From: Candidatus Micrarchaeota archaeon
Lineage (GTDB): Archaea; Micrarchaeota; Micrarchaeia; Micrarchaeales; CABMGC01
Direction: 5' to 3'
Length of the DNA: 36,802 nt
NCBI GenBank assembly: GCA_027366155.1
Contig: DAHXKV010000024.1
Location: 1 to 36,802 of the forward strand
This document shows positions 32,897 to 36,802 of this stretch, piece by piece. The notes below the pieces were generated by a model that was not told the DNA's origin, ran no database searches, and worked only from the letters and a program-made list of their open reading frames with translations. How positions within the stretch are numbered: position 1 is the stretch's first letter; every line of letters begins with the position of its first letter. The position numbers and the translations under genes were made by a program.

Positions 32897-34219
32897 TCAT
32901 TCACCGAAAAATTCCATATGCAGCAGCCTCACCGCCTTCTTCGCCTCCTTCCCGCTGACTATTATGCTCTTACTCATTCCTGACTCGCCAGATATGACTG
33001 CAAAGCTACTTGTATTCCCTAAAGCGGAAACCATCCTGCCAAGGCTGCCTTGCATCGAGCCCATCGCCTTTCCAACTACAGAGACCATCGAAAGACCTCC
33101 CACGATCTCCACAATACCTATCCCCTCCAACTCTCCGGCAAGCTTCCTAACTGCATCCTCTCCTGCATTATTCAATACTATTGTGATGCTGTCCCTGGAC
33201 GTCATCATGGAGATTACTGCAAGGTTTCTTCTGGACAGCGCAGAGGATGCCTTCTGGAATAGGTCTCCCTCATCGCTCCTGCCTTTTTTCCTGGCTTTTA
33301 CTACTGTAATGCCGTCTTTCTGTGTAATCGAGGCAATCCTTCTCGATGCGCGTATGTCCTCGGTTATAAGCGTACCCCTGTATCCTGTATTTAGCGTGTT
33401 CATTATCTTTACTTCTATTCCTTTGTTCATTGCAGGGATTATCCCTCTGGGGTGCAGTGTAGAAGAGCCAAGGTACTCGAGCTCCAACTCTTCCATAAAT
33501 GTTACTGCCCCAAGGCTCCTTGCGTTACTTACGACTCTGGGATCTGCAGTCATTATTCCGTCTACGTTAGTCCATATCTGTATCTGCTTTGCATTGGCAG
33601 CCGCGCCAAATACCGAGGCGGTGTAATCGCTGCCCCCTCTGCCCAGTGTGGTTATGTTGCCGTTCCTGTCTTTGCCTATGAACCCTGTCACTACCGGTAT
33701 CGTCCGTGTCTTCCTTACGAAGTCCCTTATTCTCCTGTGTGTATCCTCCAGTATCTCGGCGTTGCCGAAGTTGGAGTCTGTAAGCACTCCTGCGTCGTAA
33801 GCATCGAAAGCCTTCGCCTCAACGCCGTCCCGGACAAGTGTTGCGGCGACGATCCTTGCAGAAAACCTCTCGCCGAACGACATCATCGCGTCAAGGGCTT
33901 TTGGCCTAAGCGCACCTCCCCATGATATCTCCCTGTACAGCCTCCTTGCCTGCCTTATCTCCGCTTCTATCACCCTCGGTGTCAGATGCAGTTCCTCTAT
34001 AACGTCAAGATGCCTCTTGATTATTTTTTCGATTGTCCTTTCCGGGCTGATGCCTTTAGCGGCAGCATTCCCTGCATCAATCAGGCTGTCAGTCACTCCC
34101 CCAAGTCCTGACACAACGACCAAAGGTCTATCCGAAGCGTAGGAGTTTATTATCTTCGAAACCTTGGAAATCCTCTCGGAAGTGGCAACCGAGCTTCCTC
34201 CAAACTTGATAACTATCAT
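32897..34219 (-). CDS. lysC: Aspartate kinase (monofunctional, C-terminal ACT domains)
   Basis: It starts MIVIKFGGSSV and contains VVVSGLGGVTD, ITTLGRGGSDYTASVFGAA, IQIWTNVDGIMTADPR and YLGSSTLHPR. The C-terminal ~150 aa are ACT-like. Confidence 0.9.
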   Translation of the reverse strand: MIVIKFGGSSVATSERISKVSKIINSYASDRPLVVVSGLGGVTDSLIDAGNAAAKGISPERTIEKIIKRHLDVIEELHLTPRVIEAEIRQARRLYREISWGGALRPKALDAMMSFGERFSARIVAATLVRDGVEAKAFDAYDAGVLTDSNFGNAEILEDTHRRIRDFVRKTRTIPVVTGFIGKDRNGNITTLGRGGSDYTASVFGAAANAKQIQIWTNVDGIMTADPRVVSNARSLGAVTFMEELELEYLGSSTLHPRGIIPAMNKGIEVKIMNTLNTGYRGTLITEDIRASRRIASITQKDGITVVKARKKGRSDEGDLFQKASSALSRRNLAVISMMTSRDSITIVLNNAGEDAVRKLAGELEGIGIVEIVGGLSMVSVVGKAMGSMQGSLGRMVSALGNTSSFAVISGESGMSKSIIVSGKEAKKAVRLLHMEFFGE

Positions 34220-34429
34220 TGACTCCAGTCTGTTTGGATATGTTTTGAAAGAAAATTATTTAGAGCCTTCGCAGACAACCTGTTCTTTTTATATTCCAAG
34301 GGCCACTGTTAGAATTATTGTTGTTACAAGTGCCATACCGGCATTTAATGCACGCCTCGCTAAACGGGAACCTATATATACCAGGAAATCCAAATGCATT
34401 TGCATGGCAAACATGCCCTCGGTATTCCT

Positions 34430-36802
34430 ATGAATAGAAGTAAAACATTTGAGTTAGCTATGCTTTTTTTCCTGAGCCTGACGCTTATCGGGTCAGTTGC
34501 ATCAAATCCCTCTCTCAGTCCTCAGAATTTAACACTTGACTCGGGGCAATCCATAATACTAACAAACAACACGGCACTCGGGAGCAATTATGTATATTCA
34601 TATTACTACCTGGTAAACGGCTCTGCCGTTTCTCCTTCAGGAGTGACATCAAGCGGAAACCGGTTCACGTTTTCAAGCCCCGGCACATACAATGTTTCCC
34701 TGGTAGCAAAGCCGCTTCATCCGATCTCGGTAAATGTAAGCATAATAGAGACTCCACAACAGTCTTCGCTGTATTACGGAGCATGCATCCAGTACCAAGA
34801 GCCAAGCGGGGCCAGGCCTCCGCAGGTATGCGCAGGTCCTTACAACGGCCTTGACAATACGACTATAGCTCCTGGAGAAGGGAGCGGATCCAATACTGCA
34901 AGCATACAGATGCCTTATGGGAGCGAGATATACTTTGTCTGCGCTGCGCCATGGAATACATCCAGCAAAAATTCAGGAGGCTATGCCTTTGCCTCATGGT
35001 CTGGAGCATACAGTACTTCATCTAACTGTGTAAGTGGGAACCTAACTACAGTTTACAACAACACAAGACTTTACGCAAACTTCAACTACATCAAGAACAC
35101 AACGCTTACAATAAACGAGATTCCAGCACCTGCATCATCAAATTGGGCTGCATGCGTAGGCGGCTCCGGATTCTACGAATGTGCAGGCCCTTCTAAAGGG
35201 GCATCTGGGAGCAACACCTCCACAGTTAGTATCCCTGTAGGCTCAAAAATAACCTACATCTGCACTGCGAACTGGCTCGGCGGAGGAAACTACTCGTTTG
35301 TATCATATGGCGGAGCATATGTCTCCCAGGCAGGTTGCGACAAAGCCACTTCAATATATGTAAATTCTTCAACAACGATAAATGCTGAATATTCCCTTCC
35401 CTCTCCTGCAAATGAAATCCTGACAGTATATTCAAATCCTAATTATGCCGGCTCTGCGTCCGGTGCCGGAGCATACACGCATGGGGAGTATGTGCAAATA
35501 AGTGCGAAACCTGCAGTTGGATATCTGTTCACTGGATGGAGCTGCACCGGCGCAAACTGCAATAACAGCACGCAGCAGACTGCATTTATCCAAATGAATA
35601 ACTCTGCAACAGAGACTGCAAACTTCCAAGGCACAGCCTCGCAGCTCACTGCCGCCTCAAGCCCATCAAATGGAGGCACCGTGAGCGGCTCCGGCGCGTA
35701 TCCCTACAATACTACTGCACAAATAATGGCAACTCCAAGTCCGGGATACTCCTTTTCAGGATGGAGCTGCACTGGCACAGGCTGCTATTCTGGGACAAGT
35801 GAGACAGCCTCGATATTGGTAGATAGCCCAATAACTGAAACAGCCAATTTCGTACAGAAGACAGTTACGTTTACACTCACCGCAAATCCTCCAAACTTCG
35901 GAACCAACTATCTGAACGATGTAGACGGGATGTTTGTGCAGGTTGGAAGCATGCCAGGCTCGATATCCTCGAGCTTCTGCTATCCAAGCATAACTGGCTG
36001 CTATGGCGGCCCGGTGACCTTGTCTTACCCTTATGGGACCACTGTCTATTTTGCAGTGCACGTAGGTACCGGTAACTTTGGCGGATGGACGTGCGCCGGC
36101 GCAAACTGCTATTCAGGGCCTGCAACCGCAACATATCAAGGCAGTTCATACGGCCTTTGCTGCGGATGGGGTCTATTCGAAGAAGACTGGGGCGTGGTAA
36201 CGCTTACGAGCAATGTTACTGAGACTGCTAACATAAACCTCTCCCAGTACAACCAGTTACTTAACTCTTCTACCACGGGAAGCAGCGGTGGTGGATCTGA
36301 CGGAGGGGGCTCCGGCGGTTCGGGCGGCGGAGGAGATTCGATGTCTGCCACAATATCGAAGGTATCAGCCCACCATCCGATTGTATTTTTTGCACAGCCT
36401 TACAGCACATCAACCCAGATAAACGGTACTATCATAACATCAACTATTATTCACGTAAATCCGGCACTCGGGATACCGGAATTGTCCACACAGCTATCCA
36501 AAATAAGCGCGGGACAGTCAGTTACAATCTATGCCAACGAGAGCGGAGGCACGAAGCCTTATCACTATCAATGGTATCAGGGTACGCCTGGCTCAGGGAC
36601 TCCTATCTCCGGAGCAACATCAGCCACATACACGGCTTCTCCCGGGCAGACTGAGTCATATTATGTTACTGTATCGGACTCTGCCACGACAGGCACGACG
36701 CAGCAATCCCTGCCTACTACAATAACTGTCTTGACCTCACCACCACTTACTCTGGGCTCAAATAAGCTCGTCTTTGACTCTGGCCAGTCCGTAACGCTTG
36801 AG
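34430..36802 (+). CDS. Large secreted surface protein, 3'-truncated by the window edge: Ig-like module, four-Cys modules, Cys-pair InlB-B-like modules, Gly/Ser linker, then GGTKPYHYQWY Ig-like modules
   Basis: It is not in the ORF track because there is no stop codon in the window. The frame from ATG 34430 is open for 791 codons to base 36802. The signal peptide is MNRSKTFELAMLFFLSLTLIGSVAS. It contains GYLFTGWSCTGANCNN...ATETANF, GYSFSGWSCTGTGCYSG...ITETANF and FGGWTCAGANCYSG...VTETANI. The linker is GSSGGGSDGGGSGGSGGGGDS. Confidence 0.85.
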   Translation, partial: MNRSKTFELAMLFFLSLTLIGSVASNPSLSPQNLTLDSGQSIILTNNTALGSNYVYSYYYLVNGSAVSPSGVTSSGNRFTFSSPGTYNVSLVAKPLHPISVNVSIIETPQQSSLYYGACIQYQEPSGARPPQVCAGPYNGLDNTTIAPGEGSGSNTASIQMPYGSEIYFVCAAPWNTSSKNSGGYAFASWSGAYSTSSNCVSGNLTTVYNNTRLYANFNYIKNTTLTINEIPAPASSNWAACVGGSGFYECAGPSKGASGSNTSTVSIPVGSKITYICTANWLGGGNYSFVSYGGAYVSQAGCDKATSIYVNSSTTINAEYSLPSPANEILTVYSNPNYAGSASGAGAYTHGEYVQISAKPAVGYLFTGWSCTGANCNNSTQQTAFIQMNNSATETANFQGTASQLTAASSPSNGGTVSGSGAYPYNTTAQIMATPSPGYSFSGWSCTGTGCYSGTSETASILVDSPITETANFVQKTVTFTLTANPPNFGTNYLNDVDGMFVQVGSMPGSISSSFCYPSITGCYGGPVTLSYPYGTTVYFAVHVGTGNFGGWTCAGANCYSGPATATYQGSSYGLCCGWGLFEEDWGVVTLTSNVTETANINLSQYNQLLNSSTTGSSGGGSDGGGSGGSGGGGDSMSATISKVSAHHPIVFFAQPYSTSTQINGTIITSTIIHVNPALGIPELSTQLSKISAGQSVTIYANESGGTKPYHYQWYQGTPGSGTPISGATSATYTASPGQTESYYVTVSDSATTGTTQQSLPTTITVLTSPPLTLGSNKLVFDSGQSVTLE

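Noticed and set aside
32079-33925. Plus-strand ORFs 32079..32765, 32769..33626 and 33452..33925
   Set aside because: They are antisense to asd and aspartate kinase. Their Ser/Pro/Leu-rich composition is typical of shadow frames.
36780-36802. Possible circular junction: the 3' partial ORF ends on a codon boundary and base 1 opens in frame 1, so the two edge genes would join in frame
   Set aside because: The module phase does not match. The 3' end stops just after the 'FDSGQSVTLE' opening strand, while the 5' end begins in a module's closing 'TDSASTP' part. In-frame joining has a 1-in-3 chance expectation. The window also carries essential chromosomal genes, so it is not a small circular replicon.

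Overview
This is an archaeal chromosomal window. The informational genes are diagnostic: eS19, eL39, eL31, aIF6, prefoldin alpha, FtsY, Rpo11/RpoL, aEF-1beta with its Zn-ribbon partner, and one tRNA-Arg(GCG). I saw no rRNA, CRISPR array, transposase or integrase.

Layout:
- (1) 1-15.5 kb is dominated by genes for very large secreted or anchored, NxS/T-sequon-rich surface proteins. They are built from a shared set of beta-rich modules: Ig-like GGxPPYxYxW modules, LamG, DUF2341-like, thermopsin-type 'ESGLP..T.W..LNG' modules, Cys-pair InlB-B-like modules, a propeller-like repeat and a GNSN beta-solenoid. One LamG protein carries a prepilin-type (class III) signal peptide. A further member of this family starts at 34430 and runs off the 3' edge.
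- (2) 15.5-24.6 kb is housekeeping: a spermidine-synthase-like methyltransferase, rpoL, a DHA2-type MFS transporter, two orphan proteins, and the conserved archaeal cluster rps19e / PDCD5-like / rpl39e / rpl31e / eif6 / pfdA / ftsY.
- (3) 24.6-34.2 kb is metabolism. It holds a tightly overlapping sdhA / sdhC-like / (2-TM hairpin + sdhB) / fumarase-family operon. It also holds a carboxy(nor)spermidine dehydrogenase + decarboxylase pair lying tail-to-tail with aspartate kinase + aspartate-semialdehyde dehydrogenase.

Most noteworthy:
- the modular surface-protein/adhesin island, including a 1640-aa protein with a duplicated DUF2341-LamG super-module and a pilin-like LamG protein;
- an in-frame membrane-hairpin::SdhB fusion whose junction sits on a G6 run;
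- a frameshift in an A6 run that splits the MFS transporter;
- a complete aspartate-to-carboxyspermidine gene neighbourhood in an archaeon.

Two short conserved genes, eL39 and the Zn-ribbon protein, are absent from the supplied ORF track and were found by direct translation. The lineage guess (acidophilic Thermoplasmata- or Micrarchaeota-like archaeon) is inference from motif flavour only. All domain names come from motif recognition by eye, not from searches.
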